This document shows positions 30,848-41,127 of a stretch of 64,000 bases of DNA, in pieces (positions within the stretch are counted from its first letter, which is position 1; each line of letters opens with the position of its first letter). The position numbers and the translations under genes are program-made. This DNA is from an uncultured Bacilli bacterium (GTDB lineage: Bacteria > Bacillota_I > Bacilli_A > RF39 > UBA660): assembly GCA_947629025.1 (NCBI GenBank), contig CANRCC010000005.1, positions 3,288-67,287 of the forward strand, written 5' to 3'. Below the pieces are notes generated by a model. That model ran no database searches. It saw only the letters and a list, made by a program, of their open reading frames with translations, and was not told the origin of the DNA.

Positions 30848-31147
30848 CTAGTTTTCTATAATTTCTTCTATTTGTTTTTTTAGTTTTTCATCATCTATAT
30901 TATTTATTATATTTTTTAGTTTTTCATTTTTAGCAAGTAAATTTAGTTTTGATTCAAAATCATATAATTTTTCACAAGCAACTTTTAATTGTTTATGAAC
31001 AGCATTTCTACTTACATTTAAGTTATCAGATATTTCACTTAAACTTAAATTATTAAAATAATAGTCTTCAAAATAAGATTTTTGTGAATCAGATAATAAT
31101 TCACCATAAAAATCATATAACAATACTAATTTATTAATTTCATTCAT
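30848..31147 (-). CDS. ylxM: YlxM/p13-like putative DNA-binding protein (UPF0122), upstream of ffh
   Basis: LLYDFYGELLSDSQKSYFEDYYFNNLSLSEISDNLNVSRNAVHKQLK sigma-70 region-4-like HTH. Start placed at the Met with an AAGGAAA RBS, abutting the ftsY stop. Confidence 0.8.
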   Translation of the reverse strand: MNEINKLVLLYDFYGELLSDSQKSYFEDYYFNNLSLSEISDNLNVSRNAVHKQLKVACEKLYDFESKLNLLAKNEKLKNIINNIDDEKLKKQIEEIIEN

Positions 31148-31148
31148 A

Positions 31149-32126
31149 TTACACCATTTCCTTAAATAGTCCATAAATATATTTTTCTATATCAAATATT
31201 TCTAAATCATCAAGTTGTTCACCAAGACCAATATACTTAACAGGTATATTTAATTCCTCTTTTATTGCAAGAACAATTCCACCTTTTGCAGTGCCATCTA
31301 ATTTTGTTAAAATTATCCCTGTTATATTAGTTATTTCTTTAAAACTTTTTGCTTGACTTATACCATTTTGACCTGTTGTAGCATCCATAACAAGAAGTGT
31401 TTCAGATGGTGCATTTGGAACTAAATTTCCTATTACTCTATTTATTTTTTCAAGTTCTTTCATTAAATTAACTTTATTTTGAAGTCTTCCTGCAGTATCT
31501 ATTAATACAACATCATAATTATCTTTATTTGCTTCTTCTAATGCAGTATATATCACACTTGATGGATCTGCATTTTCTTTTCCTGATACTGTTTTAACTC
31601 CTACTCTTTCTCCCCATAAACATAATTGTTCAACTGCACCTGCTCTAAATGTATCTGCTGCGACTAACATAACTTTTTTTCCTAAATCTTTTTCTTTTTT
31701 TGCTATTTTAGCTATTGATGTAGTTTTACCAACTCCATTTACACCAACAAATAATATTACTGTTGGCCCATTTTCATTATAATTTATTTTGTTTACTAAT
31801 ATCTCTTCATTAACATATATTATAAATAATTCATCTACTATTAATTCTTTTAATATTTCAGGATCATCTATTTTTTCCTTTTTAGCTCTATCAACTATTT
31901 TCTCCATAAAGGACATAACTGTATTAACACCAATATCAGCCATAATTAATATTTCTTCTAATTCTTCAAAATACTCTGCATTTATCTTTTTATATTTTTT
32001 ATTTAATGCATTTAATTTATTTGAAAACTCTTTTCTTGTTTTTTCAAGTGCTTTTTCATATTTAATTTTTTCTTCATCATCATCATTTTTATTAACTAAT
32101 TTCTTTAATTTATCAAAAAATCCCAT
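31149..32126 (-). CDS. ftsY: signal recognition particle receptor FtsY
   Basis: GVNGVGKTTSIAKIA, DTAGRLQNK and LTKLDGTAKGG SRP-GTPase motifs. Confidence 0.95.
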   Translation of the reverse strand: MGFFDKLKKLVNKNDDDEEKIKYEKALEKTRKEFSNKLNALNKKYKKINAEYFEELEEILIMADIGVNTVMSFMEKIVDRAKKEKIDDPEILKELIVDELFIIYVNEEILVNKINYNENGPTVILFVGVNGVGKTTSIAKIAKKEKDLGKKVMLVAADTFRAGAVEQLCLWGERVGVKTVSGKENADPSSVIYTALEEANKDNYDVVLIDTAGRLQNKVNLMKELEKINRVIGNLVPNAPSETLLVMDATTGQNGISQAKSFKEITNITGIILTKLDGTAKGGIVLAIKEELNIPVKYIGLGEQLDDLEIFDIEKYIYGLFKEMV

Positions 32127-32189
32127 TATATCACCCTTAATTAATTATAACATTTATACAAAGAAAAAAAAAGAAAACTTTTCTTTTTA

Positions 32190-32570
32190 TTATGATTTTA
32201 CATACCCATATATTATTAATACAAACATAAGAACAACAAATATTAGAATAAGTGCATCTATCCAAACACTAAACATAGCTTCATTGTTTAATTTTGCAGT
32301 TTCTTGTTTTACTTTTTCGTCATTCTTTTTAATTTGTGCTTTATTTTTTTCTTCTTTTACTGTATTAGCACTTTCTACCTTTTTAGTTGTTTGTTCCTTT
32401 ACAGGCTGTTTTTTTGCACTACTAGATGTTTTTTTAGAAGCTGTTTTAGTAGGTGTTACTTTCTTAGTTGTAGTCTTTTTAGGTGCTTGTTTAGTACTAG
32501 TAGTTTTTTTAGTTGTTGTCTTTTTTGCTTGTGTTGTTTTAGCAGACTCTTTTTTCTTTGTTTCTGCCAT
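32190..32570 (-). CDS. Lys/Thr-rich low-complexity protein with C-terminal TM anchor, hypothetical
   Basis: 126 aa with KKTTTKKTTSTKQAPKKTTTKK repeats followed by WIDALILIFVVLMFVLIIYGY. Same repeat flavour as the tail of the 1835-3451 transporter. Confidence 0.4.
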   Translation of the reverse strand: MAETKKKESAKTTQAKKTTTKKTTSTKQAPKKTTTKKVTPTKTASKKTSSSAKKQPVKEQTTKKVESANTVKEEKNKAQIKKNDEKVKQETAKLNNEAMFSVWIDALILIFVVLMFVLIIYGYVKS

Positions 32571-32678
32571 ATTTTCACACTCCTTTATTCATATTCAATA
32601 CTATTATATATTATTTTTTTTAAATAATCTATATTTTCAAAAAAAAAGACATATTTTTGTCAAATACGCCTTTTTACA

Positions 32679-34142
32679 TTACATACTTAATTTTTTTTCT
32701 AATGCAGTTGCTGCTACTTTATAGTTTTCAACAATTACAGGACTTGTTTCTGAATTACATCTATTTTTCATATTAGTTAATTCATTTCTTAAGATTATTA
32801 ATTCACTTTGACTTAATTTATCTTTATTTAATAATTCAATAAACTTATCCATATTTATACTATTTAATGCAACATAATTTAAAGTAACTGTATTACCATT
32901 TGAAATATTTAATTTATCTTGTATTGCATTCATAACTGTTTTATAATTTTCAACAATTACTGGGCTTGTTTCTGAACTATATCTATTTTTTATAGTCATT
33001 AATTCACTTTTTAAACTTACTAAATCAGATTCACTAAGTTCTTGTTTATTTAACATATCAGTTAATGTAGCCATACTAATTCCGCATAATGCAACATATG
33101 GTAAATCTATCTTTTTACTTGCATCAACATATACAATCTTTTCTTGTTCTACTTTTTCTTCTTTTTTAGCAACTTCATTTTCTTTTTTAGCTCCGTTATC
33201 ATCTTTTACATTATTATTAATATTATTTATTTTTTTATGATATTCTTCTAATTTTTTACCAAATTCTTCATTAGACATAAGACCATTTTGATATGCTTCT
33301 GCATATTTATCTAATGAATCTACATTAAATTCATCAGTATTATCATCAATAATAACTTCTTTTGCTTTTTTAGGTTCTGATACAGTTGTATTATTTTTGT
33401 TTTTAAATTCATCAAAATTAACAACTTTATTAGCTTCTTCAGATTCTGATGCATTTTTCTTACTTAAATCATCAAAATCAATAACTTCTACAACATCATC
33501 ATTATCTATTTTAGCAGTATATTCATATTCTGGCTCACCGTTATTATTAACCCCTGTTATTTCTTCTTCTATTTCTACTTTATCTCTCATTGCCTTTTTT
33601 CCATCAAGTTTATCAATAAGATCTTCTACTGAAGTTTTTAATACTATATATCTTGTTTCTTCAGGAAGATTTTTAATTGCATCTATTTCTGATATTAATT
33701 CTTCAGCATTTTCAGGATAATTATCTAATATATATCTTATATGATCATATATTTTTTGTTTTTCTTCATCTGTTGATGAAAATAAATATTTATCTAATTG
33801 ACTATATATTTCATCAGATTTTAAACTATTCTTTTTAGCGATTTTATCAATTTCATCAATATATCTATCATCTACTATTTTGTCACTGCGACCAAATAAT
33901 TTTGAGAAAAACCCCTTATTTTTTTGTTTTCTAGTATTATTACTATAATATGTATCATAATCCCTTTCAATAGTTTCAGTATCTTCATTTACATCAGAAA
34001 CTATACTTGATAATTCATTAAAACTTTCATCATCAACTATTTTATCCTTGTTTTGACGTCCAATTTTAATATATTCTGATATATGCGTAATAACATATTT
34101 CATTTTTCCTAAAAATCTAAATGTTCCTTTAACAAATTTCAT
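32679..34142 (-). CDS. hypothetical protein with tandemly duplicated ~75-aa C-terminal module
   Basis: 487 aa. C-terminus contains two copies of L..L.NEL..MKNR..SETSPVIVENYK (repeat visible at nucleotide level near 32700-32890 and 32930-33120). Confidence 0.4.
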   Translation of the reverse strand: MKFVKGTFRFLGKMKYVITHISEYIKIGRQNKDKIVDDESFNELSSIVSDVNEDTETIERDYDTYYSNNTRKQKNKGFFSKLFGRSDKIVDDRYIDEIDKIAKKNSLKSDEIYSQLDKYLFSSTDEEKQKIYDHIRYILDNYPENAEELISEIDAIKNLPEETRYIVLKTSVEDLIDKLDGKKAMRDKVEIEEEITGVNNNGEPEYEYTAKIDNDDVVEVIDFDDLSKKNASESEEANKVVNFDEFKNKNNTTVSEPKKAKEVIIDDNTDEFNVDSLDKYAEAYQNGLMSNEEFGKKLEEYHKKINNINNNVKDDNGAKKENEVAKKEEKVEQEKIVYVDASKKIDLPYVALCGISMATLTDMLNKQELSESDLVSLKSELMTIKNRYSSETSPVIVENYKTVMNAIQDKLNISNGNTVTLNYVALNSINMDKFIELLNKDKLSQSELIILRNELTNMKNRCNSETSPVIVENYKVAATALEKKLSM

Positions 34143-34287
34143 AAAAAATTCCCCCTTTTTTTGTTAACGGCACATATCTTACCACAAGTTCTTTTTTTTG
34201 TCAAATTATTGCAATATATCCAAAAAAATAGTATAATTGATATCGTTAATCTATATTTAACTTTATTCTTAAGAAAGGAGATATTAA

Positions 34288-35972
34288 TGAAAATTTTTGA
34301 AAATACTAATGATACTAAGATTTTTGCATTAGGTGGTCTTGGGGAAGTTGGAAAAAATATGTACTGCATTATGCAGGGTAATGAAATAATAATTATTGAT
34401 AGCGGTGTTTTATTCCCTGAAGAATCTTTACTTGGTATTGATTATGTTATTCCTGATTTTAGTTTTTTAAAGAAAAATGAAAGCAAAATCAAGGGTCTTT
34501 TTATAACACATGGTCATGAAGATCATATTGGTAGTATTAATTTTTTACTTCAATCAGTTAATATACCTACTATATATGCACCTAATCAAGCAGCAAATCT
34601 TATTAAAAAGAAATTAGCAGATAGAAGCATTAGATATGATAATATTGTTGTATACGATGAAAATAGCAAATTTAAATTTAAAAATTTTGAAATTGAATTT
34701 ATATTAACTACACATTCTATACCTGATAGTTATAGTATAGTTGTTAATACAATAAATGGTACAATTGTACATACAGGAGATTTTAAATTTGACTTAACAC
34801 CTATTGGTCCTATGGCAAATCTACAAAAAATGGCAAGAATAGGAGAAAAAGGAGTAACACTTCTACTTAGTGAAAGTACAAATGCATTAAATCCTGGTAT
34901 GTCTCTTAGTGAATCTAGAGTTGATGCAACTCTTAGTGATTTATTTCAAAGGCAAAAAATTGGTAGAATTATCGTTGCAACTTTTGCATCTAATGTATAT
35001 AGACTAAAACATATTATTGAAACATGTAAAAGAAACAATAGAAAAGTAGCATTATTTGGTAGAAGTATGGAAACTCAAATCGAAATTGCTATAGAATCAG
35101 GTTATATTACTGATAAAGATGTATTTGTAACTCCTGAAGAAGCAAATAAATTAAAACCAGAAGAAGTATGTTTATTGTGTACAGGTTCACAAGGAGAACC
35201 ACTTGCAGCTTTATCTAGAATTGCTAATGGAACTGATAGAAAAATCAAATTACTTCCTAATGATATAGTAATATTCTCATCATCACCTATTCCAGGAAAT
35301 GCTGGCGCGGTTGCTGATACGCTTAATAAATTAGCATTAAAAGGAGTTAAAACATATACAAATACTTCATTAAATGAAATTCACTCATCAGGGCATGCAA
35401 ATCAAGAAGAATTAAAGTTAATGTTAAGATTAATAAAACCAAAATATTTAATGCCTATTCATGGTGAATACAGAATGTTAAAATCACATGAGAATTTAGG
35501 AGTTTCATGCGATATACCAAAGAAAAATATATTTGTAATGCAAAATGGTGAAGTATTATCAATGTCAAAAGGTATAGTAAAAAAAGATAAGGGATTCCCT
35601 TGTTATGATATATATGTTGATGGAAATAGAATTGGTGATATTGGTAATGTTGTTATAAAAGATAGAAAAATTATGGCAAATGATGGTATTTTAGTAGTTA
35701 TTTGTAATATAAATCAAGTAAAAAAACAATTACTTGGTAAAGTTAATATAACAACTAGAGGATTTGTACTTGTAAATGAAAATGAAGAATTACTTAAAGA
35801 AATTGAAAATAAAGCATTTAGTGTAATAATTAAAGAACTTAGAAATAAGAAATTCAATTATGCAGATTTAAAAAATCAAATAATTAGTGAAATTGGACCA
35901 TTTATTTTAGAGAAAACTGGTAGAAAACCTATTGTTCTTCCAGTAATTATGGATATTAAAAATAACGATTAG
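34288..35972 (+). CDS. rnj: ribonuclease J (metallo-beta-lactamase/beta-CASP)
   Basis: MKIFENTNDTKIFALGGLGEVGKNMY..., HGHEDHIG motif and beta-CASP region. AAGGAG RBS before the ATG at 34288 (the ORF-track start at 34161 is an in-frame extension). Confidence 0.9.
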
Positions 35973-35980
35973 ATTAATCG

Positions 35981-38263
35981 TTATTTTTTCTTAAATATAT
36001 CTATTATTTTTCTTTTTGTTGATTTAGATTCCTTATTTTCTTCTTTATTTTGATTATTTTCTTCTTTAATCTCAGTTTTTTCTTCTGTAACTTTGTTATT
36101 TTCTTCTTTTATCTTTTCTGGTTTTGGCTTTGGAAGAGTATCTTTTCTAGATAAATTTAATTTTCCTTTTTTATCATATCCTGTTGCCTTAACAGTTATT
36201 TCATCTCCAACCTTAACTATATCTGATGGTTTATTTACTCTTTCATGAGCAAGTTGAGAAACATGTACAAGTCCCTCACAACCATCCCATAATTTAACGA
36301 AGCATCCAAAGTCTAATACATCTGTTACTGTACCTTTATAAACTTTTCCAATTTCTACTTCTCTAACGATATCTTGTATCATTTTTTTAGTTTTCTCTAT
36401 TACTTCTTTATCATTATGGTATATTACTACTCTTCCATCATCTTCTAAGTCAACCTTAACAGCATTTATATCATTAACAGTTTTTGCTCCACTAGTTTCA
36501 AGAATAATTTTTGTAATCATCTCTCCACCTCTACCAATAACATCCTTTATTTTATTTGGATTAATCATAAATGACTCTGTTTTAGGAGCATATTTACTAA
36601 CTTCTTCCCTTGGTTTTGGAATTGTATTTTCTATTAAATCTAAAACTTGCATTCTTGCTTCTTTTGCTTGACTTAAAGCTTCTTTTAATATTTGTTTTGT
36701 TATTCCTTTGATTTTGATATCCATCTGAAGTGCACAAATACCATTTCTAGTACCTGCAACTTTAAAATCCATATCTCCTAAGTGATCTTCCATGCCTTGA
36801 ATATCTGTAAGTATTGTATAGTCATCACCATCAGTTATAAGACCCATCGCAATACCTGCTACTGGAGCTTTTATTGGAACACCTGCAGCCATTAAACTCA
36901 TACAACCAGCACATATTGATGCTTGAGAAGATGAACCATTTGATTCTAAAGTTTCTGATACTACTCTTATTGTATAAGGAAATTCTTCTTCACTAGGTAT
37001 TACTTGAGCAAGAGCTCTTTCTCCTAAAGCACCATGACCTATTTCACGTCTACCTGGTGCACCATATCTACCTGTTTCACCTACACAAAATTGTGGAAAG
37101 TTATAATGAAGCATAAATCTTTTTGATTCTTCAAGTTCAAGACCATCTAATATTTGATGTTCTCCAATTGCACCTAATGTGGTAACACTAAGAGATTGTG
37201 TTTCTCCTCTTGTAAATAGTGCTGATCCATGTGTTCTTGGAAGTAAATCAATACTAGCAGATAATGGTCTAATTTCAGTCATACTTCTACCATCAGAACG
37301 AATTTTCTCTTTAACAACTATCTTTCTAAATACATCGTATTCTACTTTTTCTAATGCTAATTTAACTGCAGTAATTAATTTTGTAAATTCTTCTTCATCC
37401 ATATTTGCTTCATTTTCCAAAGTATATTTTTCTACTACTTCTTCTTTTACTTTATCTATAGCAGCATACTTTTCAAGTTTGCCTTTTATTCTCATTGCAG
37501 AATCTAGCTTATCTCTTGATAGTTTATCTACATTATCTAATAACTCATCAGTTATTTCTAGAACATCATATTCCATCTTTTCTTGACCAATATCATTTAT
37601 TATTTCTTCTTCAAATGAGACTAATTCTTTAATAGCATCATGTCCAAACATAAGAGCGTCAAGCATATCTTCTTCACTTACCTCTTTTGCTCCTGATTCA
37701 ACCATATTAATTGCCTCTTTAGTTCCTGCTACTGTAAGTTCTATATCAGTATTTTCACTTTGTTGTGTAGTTGGGTTAATTACTAATTCTCCATTAACTC
37801 TTCCTACTTTTACTCCTGCAATTGGTCCATCAAAAGGTATTTTACTAATTGATGTTGCAAGAGAAGATCCAAACATAGCAGCCATTTCTGGTGAATTATC
37901 TTGATCTACAGATAATATAGTATTAACTATTTGTACTTCATTTCTAAAGTCTTCTGGAAACAAAGGTCTCATAGGTCTATCTATCATTCTTGCTGCTAAT
38001 GTAGCATTCTCACTTGGTCTTGCTTCTCTTTTAATAAAACCTCCTGGTATTTTTCCAACAGAATATAATTTTTCTTGATATAATACCATTAAAGGAAAGA
38101 AATCAGATAGTACATTTGCATTATCAGATACAACAACTGTTGATAAAACAACTGTATCTCCATATCTTACTAAAACTGAACCATCAGCTTGTTTTGCAAG
38201 TTCTCCTATTTCAACAACTAATTTTCTTCCTCTAAAATCTAATTCATAAACTTTCTTACTCAT
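35981..38263 (-). CDS. pnp: polynucleotide phosphorylase with Lys/Glu-rich C-terminal extension
   Basis: Two RNase PH domains, KH and S1 ([20 protein letters not shown]). GGGAGA RBS before the [10 protein letters not shown] start at 38263. Confidence 0.95.
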   Translation of the reverse strand: MSKKVYELDFRGRKLVVEIGELAKQADGSVLVRYGDTVVLSTVVVSDNANVLSDFFPLMVLYQEKLYSVGKIPGGFIKREARPSENATLAARMIDRPMRPLFPEDFRNEVQIVNTILSVDQDNSPEMAAMFGSSLATSISKIPFDGPIAGVKVGRVNGELVINPTTQQSENTDIELTVAGTKEAINMVESGAKEVSEEDMLDALMFGHDAIKELVSFEEEIINDIGQEKMEYDVLEITDELLDNVDKLSRDKLDSAMRIKGKLEKYAAIDKVKEEVVEKYTLENEANMDEEEFTKLITAVKLALEKVEYDVFRKIVVKEKIRSDGRSMTEIRPLSASIDLLPRTHGSALFTRGETQSLSVTTLGAIGEHQILDGLELEESKRFMLHYNFPQFCVGETGRYGAPGRREIGHGALGERALAQVIPSEEEFPYTIRVVSETLESNGSSSQASICAGCMSLMAAGVPIKAPVAGIAMGLITDGDDYTILTDIQGMEDHLGDMDFKVAGTRNGICALQMDIKIKGITKQILKEALSQAKEARMQVLDLIENTIPKPREEVSKYAPKTESFMINPNKIKDVIGRGGEMITKIILETSGAKTVNDINAVKVDLEDDGRVVIYHNDKEVIEKTKKMIQDIVREVEIGKVYKGTVTDVLDFGCFVKLWDGCEGLVHVSQLAHERVNKPSDIVKVGDEITVKATGYDKKGKLNLSRKDTLPKPKPEKIKEENNKVTEEKTEIKEENNQNKEENKESKSTKRKIIDIFKKK

Positions 38264-38310
38264 ACTTATCTCCCTTTTAATATAATTGTAACACAAATAT
38301 TCAGATTTTT

Positions 38311-38340
38311 AAATGAAAAAAGCACAATACTATGTGCTTA
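38311..38340 (-). terminator. rpsO terminator / rpsO-pnp intergenic hairpin
   Basis: Stem aagcaca/tgtgctt immediately after the rpsO stop, followed by a U-run on the minus strand. Located between rpsO and pnp as in other bacteria. Confidence 0.5.
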
Positions 38341-38607
38341 TTTTCTTAAACCTAATCTTTGGATTAAAGTTCTATATCTGTTTATATCAGTTTTTTTCAA
38401 ATATTCAAGAAGATTACGACGTTTACCAACTTTCATAAGTAAACCCTTCTTTGAATGGAAATCATGTATATTAACTTTTAAATGATCTGTTAATATTTGA
38501 ATTTCTTTAGTAAGAATAGCAATTTGTACCTCTGGAGAACCTGTATCATTCTCATGAGTAGCATATTCTTTTATAATTTGTTCTTTTTCTGATTTCTTTA
38601 ATGCCAT
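38338..38607 (-). CDS. rpsO: 30S ribosomal protein S15
   Basis: 89 aa, [21 protein letters not shown]-terminus and conserved H..HDFHS motif. Confidence 0.95.
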   Translation of the reverse strand: MALKKSEKEQIIKEYATHENDTGSPEVQIAILTKEIQILTDHLKVNIHDFHSKKGLLMKVGKRRNLLEYLKKTDINRYRTLIQRLGLRK

Positions 38608-38728
38608 CTTTTTTACCTCCTACTATTATATTTGCCTAATACCTAGCATATGGTTCGGAGATTCCATATACCACGTAAAAGGTAGTGCATTAATAATATA
38701 CATTATTTTTATTTTAAAATCAATATAT

Positions 38729-39661
38729 TTAGCAAATTTTAATCATATTTTTAGATAAATTAGTTTTTGGTTTATTAGTTAATATATTTTTTATAATATG
38801 ATCTTGTTTATCATTATCTATATTAGATTCTGTAAAACTTGGATTTTCACTATCAGTACAATCTATATCTATTTTTAATTGTTCTAATAACAAATTTATC
38901 GTATTATAACTTAAATTTGATGAATAACTTTCTACAATTTTTTGAAAATCAGAATATGGTATATCTTTTGGTATAAAATTTAATGCTTTTTTAAATCTCA
39001 TCAATTCTGACATATTAGTAATACTAATTGCAACATCAATAATTGAATTAAATTTTTCTTCATTTAATTTAATTAACTTACTATCTGATGCAATTTTAGT
39101 TACTATTTTTATTCTATTAAATATATTTTCTTCTAATGTTTCTTTAAATTTTACTTCGGTATTTATTAAATTTTCTAGAAGTAAACGATATTTCTCAGAT
39201 AAATTATCAAAATTATGACTATGAATATTATTACGATCATTAACATCTCTATCAAACATACTAAAATAAGATTTAATTATTTCAAGTATATAATATTCAC
39301 ATTGTTCAGGTTCAACGCACAATATCATATTAATAGGATATGAAATTAATTCACTTATAAAATCTAATATATCGCAAAAACTTTCAGATGATGATATATA
39401 ATCTTTACTTATAAACTCGTTTAACATATCACAAAATTCAATTTTGTTATCTAAAAACTCAAATACACTAAGTTCTTCAAAAATCTTTACTAATTTAGAA
39501 AAATTATTATCATTAATCGTATTTTTATTATTTATACAAATTTTAAATAATAAATTTGCTTCATCATTACCTAAATCAAATAAATTATATAATTGACTAG
39601 AAAGTGCACCTTTTGTTAAATTTGGTAATTTATATAGTTCATATAGCTCAATTTTTTTCAT
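38729..39661 (-). CDS. hypothetical protein (alpha-helical)
   Basis: 310-aa ORF with no recognisable motif. Confidence 0.3.
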   Translation of the reverse strand: MKKIELYELYKLPNLTKGALSSQLYNLFDLGNDEANLLFKICINNKNTINDNNFSKLVKIFEELSVFEFLDNKIEFCDMLNEFISKDYISSSESFCDILDFISELISYPINMILCVEPEQCEYYILEIIKSYFSMFDRDVNDRNNIHSHNFDNLSEKYRLLLENLINTEVKFKETLEENIFNRIKIVTKIASDSKLIKLNEEKFNSIIDVAISITNMSELMRFKKALNFIPKDIPYSDFQKIVESYSSNLSYNTINLLLEQLKIDIDCTDSENPSFTESNIDNDKQDHIIKNILTNKPKTNLSKNMIKIC

Positions 39662-39725
39662 TTTATTACCCCCTAAAAATAATTAACTATATTATATATT
39701 TAAAAATAAATATGTCAATTCATAT

Positions 39726-40403
39726 TTATTTTTTCAAATTTCTTATATAATTTTTTTCTTTATCTGAAACTTTATTAGACTCAATTATCTTTTGTATTGA
39801 TTTATTATGTGTAAATTTATCCAAATTACAAGACTTTAAAAAATTAATAGTCCTATCACTATATTTAGTATATAAAGTAGATATAAGCCAAGCAAGTGCC
39901 ATTTTATCATAATAATTTTTGCAGTTTACACTACTAATAATATTAAATACATCATCAACATAATTATCATTTATAAAATAATATAACAACATTACAAGGC
40001 CAAATCTTATATAATATTCTTTATCAGAATATAAATAATCCTGTATAAAATTAAATATATCGTCTAAATATTCATTTGTTATATGAAAAGAACTACAAAA
40101 TATATCACATACACACCAATTATCAATTAAATCTACATACTCTTTAGTATATTTTAAAATATCATTAATATCTAATTTTAAATCACAAATAATAAGACCC
40201 ATCAGTATTTTCTCTTCTAAATATTCTTTTTTGCTTATATCTAAAAAATACATTTTCTCTTCATAACTCAACTTTTTAGAAAATTTTCTTATTTTTGGAA
40301 TTTGAACTCCAATAATATCAGGAATATTAGGAACAATTTTTTTCTGAAAATCTCTATATTTATCAGAAGATAACTTAAATAATTCACATCTAAAATCTAT
40401 CAC
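39726..40403 (-). CDS. DNA alkylation repair protein (AlkD/AlkC-like HEAT-repeat glycosylase family)
   Basis: IIGVQIPKIRKFSK and NWCVCD resemble the PF08713 family FLGVRxPxLRKIAK / NWDxVD motifs. All-alpha repeat architecture. Confidence 0.5.
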   Translation of the reverse strand: MIDFRCELFKLSSDKYRDFQKKIVPNIPDIIGVQIPKIRKFSKKLSYEEKMYFLDISKKEYLEEKILMGLIICDLKLDINDILKYTKEYVDLIDNWCVCDIFCSSFHITNEYLDDIFNFIQDYLYSDKEYYIRFGLVMLLYYFINDNYVDDVFNIISSVNCKNYYDKMALAWLISTLYTKYSDRTINFLKSCNLDKFTHNKSIQKIIESNKVSDKEKNYIRNLKK

Positions 40404-41107
40404 TTTGCATTACCAAATCTTCTATCTCTATTATTAAAACTTTCTATTGCTTTATCAAATTCATCTTCATTAAAATCTGGAAAAAGTACATTTGTAAAAT
40501 AAAATTCTGCATATGAAATTTGATATGGCATAAAGTTACTAATTCTATATTCACCACTTGTTCTAATTAATAAGTCTACAGGCGGAAGATTTTGATATAA
40601 ATATTTATTAAAAGACTGTTTATCAATACTATCCATACTGATTTTTTTATTAACTATATCTTCTGCAAATTTTTTTGCAGCATCTACTATTTCTTCTTGT
40701 CCACCATAATTTAAACATATATTAAGAATACCATTGGTATTATTTTTAGTCTTTTCTGTAATTTCATTCATAGCAGATAAAACATCTTCTCTAAGTGGAT
40801 GTTGTCTTCCTGAAAATACAACTTTAATATTTTCTTTTATTATTTTTTTCATCTTATTCTTAAATTGAATAATAAATAGATCCATTAAATAATCTACCTC
40901 TTCTTTACTTCTTTTAAAATTATCAGTTGAAAAAGCATACACACTTAATACTTTGACACCTTTTTTTATCGAATGAAGGGCAAGTTTTTCAAGAGTTTTA
41001 CTTCCTTCTAAATGACCCGCACTTCTTTTTTTTCCTCTACTTGTTGCCCATCTACCATTACCATCCATTATAATAGCAACGTGATTTGGTATCTTTAATT
41101 CTTGCAT
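40400..41107 (-). CDS. uppS: isoprenyl transferase (undecaprenyl diphosphate synthase)
   Basis: HVAIIMDGNGRWA, FSTDNFKRSKEEV and RTSGEYRISNF cis-prenyltransferase motifs. Confidence 0.9.
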   Translation of the reverse strand: MQELKIPNHVAIIMDGNGRWATSRGKKRSAGHLEGSKTLEKLALHSIKKGVKVLSVYAFSTDNFKRSKEEVDYLMDLFIIQFKNKMKKIIKENIKVVFSGRQHPLREDVLSAMNEITEKTKNNTNGILNICLNYGGQEEIVDAAKKFAEDIVNKKISMDSIDKQSFNKYLYQNLPPVDLLIRTSGEYRISNFMPYQISYAEFYFTNVLFPDFNEDEFDKAIESFNNRDRRFGNAK

Positions 41108-41127
41108 AAATTCACTCCTTTTTATAA

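Noticed and set aside
31789-32724. 311-aa plus-strand ORF and the 32304-32627 plus ORF
   Set aside because: Antisense to ftsY and the KT-rich gene. The translation is Ser/Phe/Leu-rich nonsense with no RBS. Shadow ORF.
34139-34369. 76-aa minus-strand ORF and the in-frame N-terminal extension of rnj from 34161
   Set aside because: Lies in the divergent promoter region. rnj has a clear AAGGAG RBS at the 34288 ATG. The extension lacks an RBS and would add a non-conserved peptide.
37179-37586. 135-aa plus-strand ORF inside pnp
   Set aside because: Antisense to highly conserved PNPase coding sequence.
38640-38660. tRNA-like GGTTCGGAGATTCC T-loop-like string
   Set aside because: No acceptor stem or anticodon arm could be built. 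It sits in the rpsO leader on the wrong strand context. More likely part of a leader hairpin.
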